64,000 nt of DNA, from the NCBI GenBank assembly GCA_037441705.1, contig JBBIRR010000025.1, positions 1 to 64,000 of the forward strand, given 5' to 3'. Under the pieces are notes generated by a model. It did no database searches and was not told the DNA's origin. It was given only the letters and a program-made list of their open reading frames with translations. The DNA comes from Ignavibacteriales bacterium (GTDB lineage: Bacteria; Bacteroidota; Ignavibacteria; UBA10030; UBA6906). Positions 39,265 to 51,683 of this stretch are shown here, piece by piece (the first letter of the stretch is position 1; each line of letters starts with the position of its first letter). The translations under genes were made by a program, and so were the position numbers.

Positions 39265-41532
39265 TTATGTCATCTTATACCCGTCGCGCTCGATTCTCAT
39301 TTCGAGAGAGTCGTACGCATCCTTCAAGGCTCTAACATCTGCCCTCAACTCTCCCCCGATCGACAGCACGGCACCTCCAACAGTTCCCAATACATGAGCT
39401 GCAATCCTCATGTGCTCCGCGAGCGACACAAGTTCTTCAACGTTACTTGCTTCCAGCGAGACAACAATGCGCGATTGATCCTCCCCAAACAAAAGAAAGT
39501 CGCTGCGCGCATTTCCTAATCCGCCAAGCTCAACTGATGCGCCAAGCTGCTTCGCGGACAGGACGCAGCATTCGGCAAGCGCAACAGCAAGACCGCCCTC
39601 GGAACAATCGTGAGCAGACTTCAAGAGACCCAGCTTATTTGCTTGCAGCACAAGCGAAAGCAATCGCTTCTCATAATCTAAGTCTATCTGTGGCGCGTCA
39701 CCGGCAACATGTCCGTGCACACTCGCCAGGTACTCACTGCCACCAATTTCACCGGCAGTCTCTCCAAGCAGGACGATCACGTCGCCTTCGTCTTTGAATG
39801 GCGCCGTCAATACGTCTTGCGGGTCATCAATCAACCCAAGCATGCCGATGACAGGCGTTGGATAGACGGATGACGACGGACTTTCGTTGTAGAAGCTGAC
39901 ATTGCCTCCGGTGACGGGCGTGCCGAGTGCTCTGCACGCCTCGCCAATTCCTGCAACCGCTTCCTTGAACTGCCAGTACGTCTCCGGCTTATACGGGTTG
40001 CCGAAGTTCAGACAATTCGTGATCGCAACAGGCGTAGCGCCGGTGCAGACAACGTTTCGGGCAGACTCAGCGACAGCGATCATTCCGCCGCGGCGAGGAT
40101 TCAGATACACATAACGACTATTGCAGTCAGTTTTGAGCGAGAGGCACTTATCTATTTCTTTGATAAGAACTACAGCCGCGTCGGATGAACTCAGTACTAC
40201 GTTATTTGTCCTCACCATGCTGTCATACTGCTCGTACACCCAACGCTTACTTGCGATTGTTGGCGAGCTTAGAAGGCACAACAGCACTTCTGCGAGGTCC
40301 GCAGGCATTGGGACCGAGTTTGGATCGAACGAGCGCGTTGTCCTGAGGTACTCAGGCTCACGTGCTTCGCGAATGTAGACCGGAGCACCGCCTCCCAGAA
40401 CGAGCGACGAAGCGGGGACATCCGCAACGAGATTCCCGCGATACGAGACGATCAGCCGATCCCTGTCAATTACCTCGCCAATGGTTTCCGCCTGCAGGTC
40501 CCACTTTGCAAAAATCCTCTTCACCTCATCTTCACATCCTTTCTTGACGACGACGAGCATACGTTCTTGCGATTCCGAGAGCATGAGTTCGTATGCCGTC
40601 ATGCCCGATTCGCGCGCGGGAACGTTATCGAGGTTGATGCGCATCCCCGAATTTCCTCTTGCACTCATCTCTGAGGTGGAACATGTGATGCCGGCAGCTC
40701 CCATATCCTGAATGCCGACCAGGTACCCCGAACGAATGGCTTCGAGGGAGGCTTCAAGGAGAAGTTTTTCTGTGAAGGGATCGCCGACTTGAACCGATGG
40801 TCGCTTGGACTCGGATTTCTCCGAGAGTTCCTCGGAAGCGAATGTGGCACCGTGGATGCCGTCACGTCCCGTTGCCGATCCGACGATCATGACGGGATTG
40901 CCTGCTCCTTTCGCGACGGCGCTTGCCCACTGTCCATGCTTGACAATGCCGACCGCCATGGCATTGACGAGCGGATTATCCTGATAGCACGGGTCGAAAT
41001 AGACTTCGCCAGCGACAGTCGGTACGCCGAAGCTGTTGCCGTAATCGCCGATTCCCTTCACGACTCCTTTCAGCAGGTAGCGTGTCCTCTCGTTGTCGAG
41101 CGCACCGAACCGCAGCGAATTCAGCGCCGCAATTGGCCGGGCACCCATCGTGAAGATGTCGCGCATGATACCGCCGACGCCGGTGGCGGCGCCCTGGTAC
41201 GGCTCCACTGCCGAGGGATGGTTGTGACTCTCGATCTTGAAGGCCACGGCAAAGCCATCGCCGATGTCCACAAGACCTGCATTCTCCTCGCCGGCTGCCA
41301 CAAGCAATCTACCGCCGCTGCGCGGCAGGGTCTTCAGCACGGCTATCGAATTCTTGTAGCTGCAGTGCTCGCTCCACATGACGCTGTAGATTCCCAATTC
41401 CGTGTACGTTGGCGTGCGACCGAGGATCTCGAGCACACGCCGATACTCCTCTTCGGTCAGGCCGTGAGCAAGAGCCAGCGCGAGAGTGACCTGGGGCTCG
41501 CTTCGTTCGGTGAGTGTTTCCTGCATGCTCAT
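39265..41532 (-). CDS. purL: Phosphoribosylformylglycinamidine synthase subunit PurL
   Basis: [50 protein letters not shown]. Confidence 0.97.
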   Translation of the reverse strand: MSMQETLTERSEPQVTLALALAHGLTEEEYRRVLEILGRTPTYTELGIYSVMWSEHCSYKNSIAVLKTLPRSGGRLLVAAGEENAGLVDIGDGFAVAFKIESHNHPSAVEPYQGAATGVGGIMRDIFTMGARPIAALNSLRFGALDNERTRYLLKGVVKGIGDYGNSFGVPTVAGEVYFDPCYQDNPLVNAMAVGIVKHGQWASAVAKGAGNPVMIVGSATGRDGIHGATFASEELSEKSESKRPSVQVGDPFTEKLLLEASLEAIRSGYLVGIQDMGAAGITCSTSEMSARGNSGMRINLDNVPARESGMTAYELMLSESQERMLVVVKKGCEDEVKRIFAKWDLQAETIGEVIDRDRLIVSYRGNLVADVPASSLVLGGGAPVYIREAREPEYLRTTRSFDPNSVPMPADLAEVLLCLLSSPTIASKRWVYEQYDSMVRTNNVVLSSSDAAVVLIKEIDKCLSLKTDCNSRYVYLNPRRGGMIAVAESARNVVCTGATPVAITNCLNFGNPYKPETYWQFKEAVAGIGEACRALGTPVTGGNVSFYNESPSSSVYPTPVIGMLGLIDDPQDVLTAPFKDEGDVIVLLGETAGEIGGSEYLASVHGHVAGDAPQIDLDYEKRLLSLVLQANKLGLLKSAHDCSEGGLAVALAECCVLSAKQLGASVELGGLGNARSDFLLFGEDQSRIVVSLEASNVEELVSLAEHMRIAAHVLGTVGGAVLSIGGELRADVRALKDAYDSLEMRIERDGYKMT

Positions 41533-42023
41533 TCCAATCGCAGTAAGAGTTCGCCCTTCTCTACGGCCTTCCCCTTCGTGACAAAAATCTCCTTCACCTT
41601 TCCTTCCGTATGTGCCCTGATCTCATTTTCCATCTTCATCGCTTCGAGAATGATCAAGCCTTGACCCGGTTTCACTTCATCACCAACGTCCACCTCGAGT
41701 TTCACCACCAGTGCAGGCATCGGGGCGTGAATGTCCGTGCGCGCATGGCCGACATGACTCGAGGCGTTCAACCTTTTCACCAGCCGCTCTCGTTCCGACT
41801 CGACGGAAGCCTCTACCCTTCTGCCGTTCACCAGAAGATGATATCCCTCTGCCGTTTTTTCTACAACAACACGCATCGAGCGCCCATCCATCATCACCGA
41901 GAATGTTCGTTCATCAAGCTGCTGCATGTCGTAGGAAACCGCCGTTCCGTTCAGCGTGACTGCTCCGTTCTGGAACGTCATTACGTACTCTTTATTCCCG
42001 ATCGTTACGAAATAGGAAGCCAC
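41529..42023 (-). CDS. Biotin carboxyl carrier protein of an acyl-CoA carboxylase
   Basis: APMPA..., biotinylation motif LEAMKMENE. Confidence 0.93.
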   Translation of the reverse strand: MASYFVTIGNKEYVMTFQNGAVTLNGTAVSYDMQQLDERTFSVMMDGRSMRVVVEKTAEGYHLLVNGRRVEASVESERERLVKRLNASSHVGHARTDIHAPMPALVVKLEVDVGDEVKPGQGLIILEAMKMENEIRAHTEGKVKEIFVTKGKAVEKGELLLRLE

Positions 42024-42027
42024 AGGC

Positions 42028-43551
<1,524 letters not shown>

Positions 43552-45918
43552 CTATTGCTCGAAGAGTTCTACAACCGTTGCACCGGCTCCGCCCTCGTTC
43601 CACTCGCCCAACCGATAAGACTTGACCTGAGGATGTTTGGACAAAAAGTCTGCAATCTTCTTCCGCAGCGCACCTGTGCCCTTGCCATGAATGATGTCAA
43701 CACGATGGAGTCCAGCCAGCACTGCCGAGTCGATGAACTTATCAACAAGAGGGATGGCCTCGTCGCCCGTCATGCCGCGCAGGTCGAGGTCTCGCGCTAC
43801 AGGCTCGCGCTTCTCCTCACCTATCGCGCTGGTCGTGCGACGCAATGCAGAACGAGGCGCCGAGACTAAGTCCCTCGTGGCGACTTTCATTTTTACATTA
43901 CCAAACAGAACCAAGGCACTCTTCTGATCGGGACTTATCGCAACGACCTCACCGGTTTCAGAGCCTTGAATCAGACGGACAAGTGCACCCGGCGTAATTT
44001 CCCGCGAGTCGGCTGGCGCTTCAACGGAGAGCACTTCGCTTGCGCGGTCGTCAATCTGTTTCCGGAGATTCTCGATGCTTTGCCGAGCCTCCTTGACAGC
44101 CTGCTTGTCCGCAGAAGACTCCCGAATCTCTCGGATGCTCCGCTCGATCGCGGCATTTGCGCTTTCAACGAGGTCCCTCGCCTCTTCCACGGCCTTTCGT
44201 TTGAGTTCCCGTAGCTCTGCAGCCTGCGAGGATAATTTCCGCTCGTACTCACGGACCAGCGCATCAAGCCGCGCCTTTTCCGCTTTCACGGCGTCAAGTT
44301 CGCGCCGATATTCGTGCACCGAGGCTTCCAGCTCTGCGATCAAATGCTGAAGCTTCGCTCCTTCATCTCCGAGGAATTCACGTGAACGCTGTATGAGAGA
44401 TTCTTGAATACCAAGGCGTTCAGCCATTTCAAGTGCATAACTACTTCCGGGTATTCCTGCCCTGAACCTGTACGTTGGGCGAAGACTATCCTGATCGAAC
44501 TCCATGGCACCATTTTCCACTCCCGGCGCGTTGTGTCCAAACACCTTCAGCGCTCCGTGATGTGTTGTAGCGATCGTTAAGGTACCACGCTGTGTGAGCC
44601 GCTCGAGAAGTGCCGCCGCAATGGCACTCCCTTCCGTCGGGTCCGTGCCGGAGCCGATCTCATCAATCAGCACAAGGCTATCGGCATCTGCATGTTCCTC
44701 GATGTGCTTCAAGTGGGAGAGATGCGAGCTGAACGTACTCAGGTCGTTCTCGATTGACTGCTCATCGCCGATCTCGACAAACATCTGGCGAAACACCCGG
44801 AGCACAGACGCTTCAGAAGCTGGAATGTGCATTCCCGCTTGCGCCATCAGCGTCAAAAGGCCCACACACTTCATCGCTACGCTCTTTCCACCGGCGTTCG
44901 GGCCGCTGATGATGAGTGTGTTGTACTCCCTGCCCAACTCGATGTCCAGCGGAACAGTTCCGTCTCTGCCATGACTCAGCATGAGCAGCGGGTGGCGGGC
45001 TTGTACCAACTTCAGGTAGCCTGATTCAGACAGTTGAGGCTCAACGCCAAGAATTTCTATCGAGTATTTAGCTTTTGCAGCAAGAGCGTCCAACTCAGCC
45101 AACGTACGTAAATTAGAGAGCAACGCTTCATAAGATTCTCCTATCTGTTGAGTCAGCTCGCGGAGGATTCTCTGAACCTCTTGCCCCTCTTGAAATTGAA
45201 GTGTGCGAATCTCGTTATTGAGGTCAAGCGTTTCCGTAGGCTCGATAAACACCGTTGCGCCGCTCGCTGACGCGCTGTGAATGAAACCAGGCACGCGGTG
45301 TTTGTGCTCCGCCTTCACCGGAATGACCATACGACCTTCCCGCGTTGTGATGATCTCATCCTGCGTCAGTCCTTGTGCTGTTGCCTCTTTGAGAATCACC
45401 TCAAGCTTCTTCCGCAGCTGATCATGCTTCTCCGCAATTGCACGTCGGACCCCTTGCAGTTCCTTAGACGCATTGGCGCGGACGTTCCCTGATTCATCTA
45501 CGGCGCGCTCGATGTTGAATTCGAGAACCTTATCGACGTACAGCGGCTCTGCTAATCTCCATAGCAACGGGTACTGCTCTTTCCTTTTCGAGAGAAACTG
45601 CTTTACGGTCCGGGCGGCTTTCAGCGTTGAGAGAATCTGAGCTATCTCTTTGCTTGGCAGGACTGTTCCTTCGATCGCCGCTTTCCTGACAGCGTCGCGA
45701 ACTGGAAAAATTCCGTCGAGCGGAATGCTTCCTTCTTCCTCAAGCAGTCTCTTTAACTCGCTGACCTGTCGAAGATGCAGGCGAATTTCTTCAAGCGAAA
45801 TAGAGATTGATGTACTTTGAAGAAACTCCTTTCCGGGGACCGAAGCTGCATAGCGCATGACGCGCTGCCGCACCTTCTCGAACTCCAACTTCTCGATGGC
45901 ACTCGCCCAACTATTCAT
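43552..45918 (-). CDS. mutS2: Endonuclease MutS2
   Basis: SGPNAGGKS, LSTFSSH, DEIGSGTDP; C-terminal Smr domain LDLRG...IIHGKGTGAL. Confidence 0.96.
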   Translation of the reverse strand: MNSWASAIEKLEFEKVRQRVMRYAASVPGKEFLQSTSISISLEEIRLHLRQVSELKRLLEEEGSIPLDGIFPVRDAVRKAAIEGTVLPSKEIAQILSTLKAARTVKQFLSKRKEQYPLLWRLAEPLYVDKVLEFNIERAVDESGNVRANASKELQGVRRAIAEKHDQLRKKLEVILKEATAQGLTQDEIITTREGRMVIPVKAEHKHRVPGFIHSASASGATVFIEPTETLDLNNEIRTLQFQEGQEVQRILRELTQQIGESYEALLSNLRTLAELDALAAKAKYSIEILGVEPQLSESGYLKLVQARHPLLMLSHGRDGTVPLDIELGREYNTLIISGPNAGGKSVAMKCVGLLTLMAQAGMHIPASEASVLRVFRQMFVEIGDEQSIENDLSTFSSHLSHLKHIEEHADADSLVLIDEIGSGTDPTEGSAIAAALLERLTQRGTLTIATTHHGALKVFGHNAPGVENGAMEFDQDSLRPTYRFRAGIPGSSYALEMAERLGIQESLIQRSREFLGDEGAKLQHLIAELEASVHEYRRELDAVKAEKARLDALVREYERKLSSQAAELRELKRKAVEEARDLVESANAAIERSIREIRESSADKQAVKEARQSIENLRKQIDDRASEVLSVEAPADSREITPGALVRLIQGSETGEVVAISPDQKSALVLFGNVKMKVATRDLVSAPRSALRRTTSAIGEEKREPVARDLDLRGMTGDEAIPLVDKFIDSAVLAGLHRVDIIHGKGTGALRKKIADFLSKHPQVKSYRLGEWNEGGAGATVVELFEQ

Positions 45919-45924
45919 GTGCTG

Positions 45925-46380
45925 CTATGCCCCTAAACGCTGCTTTACCAACTCCTGCACGAGTTTTCCATCCGCCTTCCCCTTGAGCTGTTTCATCACC
46001 TGAGGCATCACCTTGCCGAAATCCTTCGGAGAGGATGCTCCCACGGCAATCACGATCTCTTCGATGACGCGACGGATTTCCTCTTCGCTCAACTGCTTGG
46101 GCATGTATTCCTGGATGATGCCGAGTTCGGCGGTCTCCTGTTCAGCCAGGTCCATGCGCCCGCCGGCTCTGAATTGTTCGATGGATTCCCTTCGCTTCTT
46201 GGCAGCAGAAGCCAGCGTAGCCGCTTCGTCTTCGGGGGTCATTTTCTTGCCGCTTCCCCGAAGCTCGATTTCCTTTTCCATCAGAACTGCGCGCAAGGTG
46301 CGAAGAGTTTCGAGACGAAGTCTATCGCCGCTCTTCATCGCCGCCTTCATGTCCTCCGCAATTCGCTCCATCAATGCCAT
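45925..46380 (-). CDS. yqeY: GatB/YqeY domain protein
   Basis: DMKAAMKS, KKRRESIEQF..GGR.DLA, DFGKVM, GKADG. Confidence 0.93.
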   Translation of the reverse strand: MALMERIAEDMKAAMKSGDRLRLETLRTLRAVLMEKEIELRGSGKKMTPEDEAATLASAAKKRRESIEQFRAGGRMDLAEQETAELGIIQEYMPKQLSEEEIRRVIEEIVIAVGASSPKDFGKVMPQVMKQLKGKADGKLVQELVKQRLGA

Positions 46381-46402
46381 GTGTGTTCCTTCCGAAAATA
46401 CA

Positions 46403-46436
46403 GAAGGCAGGTACACGCTTGTGCGGCCCTGCCTTC
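46403..46436 (-). terminator. Hairpin/terminator-like structure upstream of yqeY
   Basis: GAAGGCAGG...CCTGCCTTC followed by TGTATTTT on the minus strand. Confidence 0.5.
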
Positions 46437-46539
46437 AGTGTGCTACGTCGTGATACAAGATGATGTTCGGTTCACGAAAGTGGTGGAAAGTCTTACCAAT
46501 CCATACGCAAATTACCGCATTTAGTTTTCAAATGCAATC

Positions 46540-47082
46540 TCACCTGAGGCGCTTGCGCATAACGTAGTCGTTCATCCAGTACCCTTGTCCAATGTCGATG
46601 TCTTCCTCGCGAATGATCTCGAATCCCAGTCGCTCGTAGAAAAACCTGGCCGGGTTATGTCGATTCACGTTCAGATCAAGCGCGACGCCCCCCTTCTCCC
46701 GGATTGCGCGAAGAATATGCTCTACCATGAAGCGGCCCACCCCTTTCCCCTGCCGTTCAGGAAGGATGTAGATTTTATGGAGCTTGAACACATTCTCTCC
46801 GACATGGCTGAATGATGCGAAGCCAATCGGCTCGTCAGCATCGTGGCAGAGAATGAACTCGTGCTCTTCCATCTGCTTCAGCAGCGACGTGCTGCTGTAC
46901 ATCAACTCTAACATATAGGCGATCTGATCCGCGCTAAGAATGGCGCCGTACGCGACCGGCCAGATGACTCGACTGAGGTGCTGAATCGTTGGGATGTCCG
47001 TTGGCGTCGCGCGCCGAATCGTGAGTGCAGAAGTGCGCGCCTCCGTGTGATCCATCCTCGCCACCGAATTACAATCCTCCAA
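46540..47082 (-). CDS. GNAT family N-acetyltransferase
   Basis: KLHKIYILPERQGKGVG; LNVNRHNPARFFYERLGF. Confidence 0.9.
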   Translation of the reverse strand: MEDCNSVARMDHTEARTSALTIRRATPTDIPTIQHLSRVIWPVAYGAILSADQIAYMLELMYSSTSLLKQMEEHEFILCHDADEPIGFASFSHVGENVFKLHKIYILPERQGKGVGRFMVEHILRAIREKGGVALDLNVNRHNPARFFYERLGFEIIREEDIDIGQGYWMNDYVMRKRLR

Positions 47083-47779
47083 ACATCTTTACTGTCGTGC
47101 CGTTGATCGAGCGAGCTTGTTCGGAGCAAAGAAAGAGGATGGCATCGGCAATGTCTTGAGGAGGGGTCCATTTGCTGGTGTCCGCGTCCGGCATCGAAGA
47201 GATGTTTTCCTGCGTCAGGATAATGCCCGGCACGATGACATTTGCCGTTACGCCCGTGCCGCGTACTTCATCGGCAATGATTTCGGTGAGTGCAATAACG
47301 CCGCGCTTGGCGAGTGCATACGGCCCCTTGTTTGCGCCTGAGCGCAGCGCAGGCATTGCCGCCATGCTCACGATGCGTCCGAAGCGTTGCTGAAGCATCG
47401 GTTTGAGAACGGCGCGCGACATGAGAACTGCCGTACGCAGGTTTATGTTCATCATTGTCTCAAACTCCTCCAGCGAGACGTCGGAAATGGGTTTGCCCCC
47501 TGCATACCCTCCGGCAATGTTCGCAAGAACGTCCACGCGCGTGAATCTCGCCAGTGCCTCATGCACGACGCGCAGTGCATCAGCCTCGACAGTCAAGTCC
47601 GCTTGAAGAGCGAGAACTCGTGAAGAGCTTTCGAGGCGTTCGTACAGGCTGCGAACAGAGGAAGCCGCGCGAACCGGAAGCACAAGGTTCGCACCTTCAG
47701 CAAAGAACCGCTGAGCAACGACCGACCCAAGTCCGCCCGCGGCACCGGTGATGATGACCGTTCTGTTTTCGAATGTCAT
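47069..47779 (-). CDS. Short-chain dehydrogenase/reductase
   Basis: TGAAGGLG, catalytic YALAK. Confidence 0.92.
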   Translation of the reverse strand: MTFENRTVIITGAAGGLGSVVAQRFFAEGANLVLPVRAASSVRSLYERLESSSRVLALQADLTVEADALRVVHEALARFTRVDVLANIAGGYAGGKPISDVSLEEFETMMNINLRTAVLMSRAVLKPMLQQRFGRIVSMAAMPALRSGANKGPYALAKRGVIALTEIIADEVRGTGVTANVIVPGIILTQENISSMPDADTSKWTPPQDIADAILFLCSEQARSINGTTVKMFGGL

Positions 47780-47837
47780 GTCGCTTCTCGTCGCATGTTG
47801 CTCGGAATATATCCACGACTAGAACGAATTGCAACGG

Positions 47838-47866
47838 TTGCATTTTCGCGAGAGTTCAGGTACATT
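47838..47866 (+). promoter_or_regulatory. Putative sigma70 promoter of the peroxiredoxin-rof-PD40-M28 genes
   Basis: TTGCAT-N17-TACATT; palindrome TGCAAC-G-GTTGCA overlaps the -35. Confidence 0.5.
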
Positions 47867-47904
47867 AGAACGAGTTCGATTTGTGGATTTGTTCAAGGTG
47901 TTTC

Positions 47905-48444
47905 ATGAAGATGACTTCATGCGTGCTTGCGGTGCTGTTCGGAGCGTTCGTCGCCTGTTCGCTCTACGCCGGCGATCTCCGCCCCGGCACTCCGGCCCCG
48001 GATTTCACGCTCTCCTATGCAACCAAAGATACGATTGTGTTCAACGGCTTCACGCTCAGTTCTCATATCGGCAAGAGTGCCATCATCCTCGCCTTCTATC
48101 CCGCCGATTGGAGCGGCGGCTGCACGAAGGAAATGTGCACGATACGCGATGAATTCAGCGATCTCACGACTCTGGGAGCAACTGTGTACGCCATCAGCGG
48201 TGATTACGTGTACTCGCATCGTGCGTGGGCGAGGGAGTTGAATTTGCCGTTCGTACTGCTCAGCGATCACAAGCATGACGTTGCCCGACTCTACCAGAGT
48301 TACAACGAGGAGACCGGTTTTAACAGGCGCACGGTGTTTGTCATCGACAAGCAGGGACGGATCGCCTATATGGATCTTCAGTACAGCGTCGCAACGCCGG
48401 ACTCCTTCAACAAACTGAAGGCTGCGCTTGCGCACGTGCAGTAA
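47905..48444 (+). CDS. Exported peroxiredoxin/redoxin (AhpC/BCP-like)
   Basis: Signal peptide; APDFTL, FYPADWSGGCTKEMC, RTVFVID. Confidence 0.85.
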   Translation: MKMTSCVLAVLFGAFVACSLYAGDLRPGTPAPDFTLSYATKDTIVFNGFTLSSHIGKSAIILAFYPADWSGGCTKEMCTIRDEFSDLTTLGATVYAISGDYVYSHRAWARELNLPFVLLSDHKHDVARLYQSYNEETGFNRRTVFVIDKQGRIAYMDLQYSVATPDSFNKLKAALAHVQ

Positions 48445-48457
48445 GGCGTCAGGGCGC

Positions 48458-48766
48458 ATGGCTCATCCAGCTGCGTACACTCCCATCTCCTGCTCGGCCT
48501 ACGATGTTCTCGAAGCTGCTGCGGTACAGCACTCCCGTTTGCGGTTGACGACCTCATCAGCCGGCGGGAAGGTTACTCGGGAGGTCTACGTTCTGGACCT
48601 CTTCGCGCGGGAGAATGTCGAATACGCATCGCTCCGGGACGCGGCAACGCGTGAGGAATTCGTACTCCGCCTGGATGAGATCGAGCTTATCACCGATCCT
48701 AAGACCAATGTCGTCTATGCTCCTCAATCCTGTCCTCCACATTCCAGACATGAAAACGATCTATGA
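48458..48766 (+). CDS. rof: Rho-binding antiterminator Rof (YaeO)-like protein
   Basis: YTPISCSAYDVLE.A...LRL, DL..RE.VEY, LRLDEI resemble the Rof family. Confidence 0.65.
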   Translation: MAHPAAYTPISCSAYDVLEAAAVQHSRLRLTTSSAGGKVTREVYVLDLFARENVEYASLRDAATREEFVLRLDEIELITDPKTNVVYAPQSCPPHSRHENDL

Positions 48767-49806
48767 CAAAACTCAATGCTCTTGTAACCGTCGCAGTTGC
48801 ACTCAGCTCTTCGCTCGCGCAGGAGCCTGACAACACACTTGCTTTTCCTCAGGAGAAGCATCTTGCCAACATCCGGCAGCTCACCTTCGGCGGACAGAAT
48901 GCCGAAGGGTACTTCTCGTTCGATGAAACCATGATCACGTTTCAATCGACGCGAGACTCCTTTCAATGCGATCAGCAGTTTATTATGGAACTTGCGACCG
49001 GAAAGACAACCCTGATCAGCACCGGCAAAGGAAGGACCACCTGCGGCTACTTCCTTCCGGGCGACAAGGAAGTCCTGTTTTCATCAACCCATCATTTGAA
49101 TGAGAACTGCCCTCCTCCGCCGGATTACTCGCGCGGCTACGTGTGGCAGGTATCTCCCGAGTATGACATTTTCATCGTGCGTCGCGATGGTTCCAACTTA
49201 CGACAACTCACCACCACTCCACGCTACGATGCCGAGGCAACCGTTTCTCCGCTTGGAGACAGGATCGTCTTCACATCGCTTCGCAACGGCGATCTCGATC
49301 TCTACAGCATGAACTTAGATGGCTCGGACGTTCGCCAGCTGACGAATGAGTTGGGCTATGACGGGGGTGCCTTCTATTCGTGGGATGGAAAGCGGATCGT
49401 GTACCGCGCCTGGCATTATACGGACTCGGCCGAAATACGCGAGTACAAGGAAATCCTTGCCCAGGATCTCGTTCGCCCAACGCGGATGGAAATCATGATC
49501 ATGAATGCAGATGGAAGCGGCAAGCGGCAAATCACCAACAACGGAGCAGCCAACTTCGCCCCGTTCTTCCATCCGGATAACAAGCGCATCATTTTCGCGT
49601 CGAACATGAAGAATCCTCGCGGACGCAACTTCGATCTTTTCATGATCAATGACGACGGCACGGGACTGGAGCAGATAACCTTCAATCCCACATTCGACAG
49701 CTTCCCGATGTTTTCTAGAGACGGCAAGAAGCTCATTTTCGCCTCGAATCGAAACGGCAAGGTGCCCGGCGAGACGAATCTCTTCATTGCCGATTGGATT
49801 GAATGA
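48763..49806 (+). CDS. PD40/TolB-like beta-propeller protein, exported
   Basis: Repeated RQLT...SPxG..IVFxS.RNG units; signal peptide. Confidence 0.85.
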   Translation: MTKLNALVTVAVALSSSLAQEPDNTLAFPQEKHLANIRQLTFGGQNAEGYFSFDETMITFQSTRDSFQCDQQFIMELATGKTTLISTGKGRTTCGYFLPGDKEVLFSSTHHLNENCPPPPDYSRGYVWQVSPEYDIFIVRRDGSNLRQLTTTPRYDAEATVSPLGDRIVFTSLRNGDLDLYSMNLDGSDVRQLTNELGYDGGAFYSWDGKRIVYRAWHYTDSAEIREYKEILAQDLVRPTRMEIMIMNADGSGKRQITNNGAANFAPFFHPDNKRIIFASNMKNPRGRNFDLFMINDDGTGLEQITFNPTFDSFPMFSRDGKKLIFASNRNGKVPGETNLFIADWIE

Positions 49807-49863
49807 TCAGCGGTTTGAAAGTCAAGTGATGCACACGTTGCGATACGAAACAAGGAAAGCTTT

Positions 49864-51681
49864 GTGAAAGGACACGTCATGCGGACGTTGCGAACTCTGT
49901 GTCTTCTCCTATGGGTGCCGACCCTTGGAGTACTCGCCCAGCAATCTTCTCCGGAGATCACGGCCGGCGAACTTCAAGCACACGTGAAGTACCTTGCCTC
50001 CGACGAGCTTGAAGGGCGAGGCTCAGGCTCCGAGGGAAACAGAAAGGCGGCCCAGTACATTGCGAAAGCGTTTGCCGAGTACGGCCTGAAGCCTGCAGGA
50101 ACAAACGGGACGTATTTTCAGGAATTCGAATTTGTCTCCTCTGTGAAGCTTGGTTCGGCAAACTCGGTTACGATTGCGCGCGCGGGGAAGGCACCGTTGC
50201 GCCTCAAGGTTGATGAAGACTTCCGGCCTTTTGGCTTTTCGTCCAACAGCAGCGTGAGCGCGCCGGCGGTGTTTGCAGGCTACGGCATTACCGCGCCGGT
50301 CCTGAAGTACGACGACTACGAAGGACTGGACGTCAGCGGGAAGGTGGTTATCGCGTTGCGCTACGGGCCTGACGGCAACGATATGCACAGCGAGTTCTAC
50401 CGTTTCACTTCGCTGCGCAATAAAGCCCGGTACGCACGTGAGAAGGGCGCCGCCGCGCTGATCATCGTTGACGCTCACCATGATGAGCTTCCCAAACTTA
50501 CCTACGACCAATCGCATGCAAGTTCAGGTATCCCGTGCGTTGCGCTGCGCAGCGGCGTGCTCGAACAATTGCTTCCAGCCAAACAATCGCTTGCCGCTAT
50601 CAAAGATAGCATCAAGGCTTCTCGACGAACGATCGGTTTTCCGCTGCCCGGGGTGACGATCTCGCTTGAGACCGACATTGTCAAAGTGATGGACCGAACG
50701 GCCAACGTCCTCGGCTATCTCGAAGGAAGCGACCCGGTGTTAAAGAAGGAAGTCGTCATCATCGGCGCGCATTTCGATCACCTGGGATATGGTGGAGAAG
50801 GCAGCGGTTCTCTCGTTCCCCATCTTCACGAGATTCATAACGGCGCAGACGATAATGCCTCGGGCACCGCGGGATTGTTGGAGCTTGCTCAGCGTTTCGC
50901 CGCCAATGCTTCCCGTTCGCGGACGCTGCTCTTCATCGGTTTCTCCGCAGAAGAAATTGGCACGATCGGCTCACAGTATTACGTGAACAATCCCTACTTC
51001 CCGATCGAAAAAACCGTGGCCATGATCAACATGGATGAGATCGGCCGTCTCAATGAGAATGCGCTCACGGTGTACGGGACCGGCACGTCTCCGGAGTGGA
51101 TTCCGATGCTGAAGAAGTACAACGCACGTGCCGCGTCGGATTCGTTTGCGCTGAAACTCATCCCCGATGGTTTTGGTCCCAGCGATCATGCGCAGTTCTA
51201 CGCCAAAGATATCCCCGTCCTCTTCTTCTTCACCGGCACGCACAACGATTATCACAAACCGTCGGATGATTGGGAGAAGATCAACTACGCGGGGCAGGAG
51301 CGCATCGTGCGATTCATTTACGATGTCGCGAACGACATCCAGAGCGCCACCCCGAAACCGCAATTCACACGAGCGCAATCAACGACGGGCATGGGAAGCG
51401 GCGGCGACTCCCCAGGCTTTGCCGTGACGCTTGGTGTCATTCCCGATTACGGTGAAAGTACAGAAGGAATGAAAATCGGCGGGACGCGACCCAACGGGCC
51501 TGCAGATAAGGCCGGTCTGAAAGCAGGCGACATCATTGTCACTCTTGCGGGCAAGAAGGTCATGAACATTTACGACTACATGGGGATTTTGGGAGAACTC
51601 AAAGCAGGCCAAACCGTGGAGGTGGAGGTGGTTCGTGACGGAAAACCGATGAAGTTCTCCGCCACGATGCAGAAGCGTTGA
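49864..51681 (+). CDS. M28 family peptidase with PA and C-terminal PDZ domains
   Basis: GAHFDHLG, NGADDNASG, FSAEE, NMDEIG, SDH, YHKPSD; PDZ LGVIPD...PADKAGLKAGDII. Confidence 0.93.
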   Translation: MKGHVMRTLRTLCLLLWVPTLGVLAQQSSPEITAGELQAHVKYLASDELEGRGSGSEGNRKAAQYIAKAFAEYGLKPAGTNGTYFQEFEFVSSVKLGSANSVTIARAGKAPLRLKVDEDFRPFGFSSNSSVSAPAVFAGYGITAPVLKYDDYEGLDVSGKVVIALRYGPDGNDMHSEFYRFTSLRNKARYAREKGAAALIIVDAHHDELPKLTYDQSHASSGIPCVALRSGVLEQLLPAKQSLAAIKDSIKASRRTIGFPLPGVTISLETDIVKVMDRTANVLGYLEGSDPVLKKEVVIIGAHFDHLGYGGEGSGSLVPHLHEIHNGADDNASGTAGLLELAQRFAANASRSRTLLFIGFSAEEIGTIGSQYYVNNPYFPIEKTVAMINMDEIGRLNENALTVYGTGTSPEWIPMLKKYNARAASDSFALKLIPDGFGPSDHAQFYAKDIPVLFFFTGTHNDYHKPSDDWEKINYAGQERIVRFIYDVANDIQSATPKPQFTRAQSTTGMGSGGDSPGFAVTLGVIPDYGESTEGMKIGGTRPNGPADKAGLKAGDIIVTLAGKKVMNIYDYMGILGELKAGQTVEVEVVRDGKPMKFSATMQKR

Positions 51682-51683
51682 GC

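Noticed and set aside
48100-48135. Selenocysteine in the peroxiredoxin active site
   Set aside because: The codon in GGCTKE is TGC (Cys) and the frame is uninterrupted.
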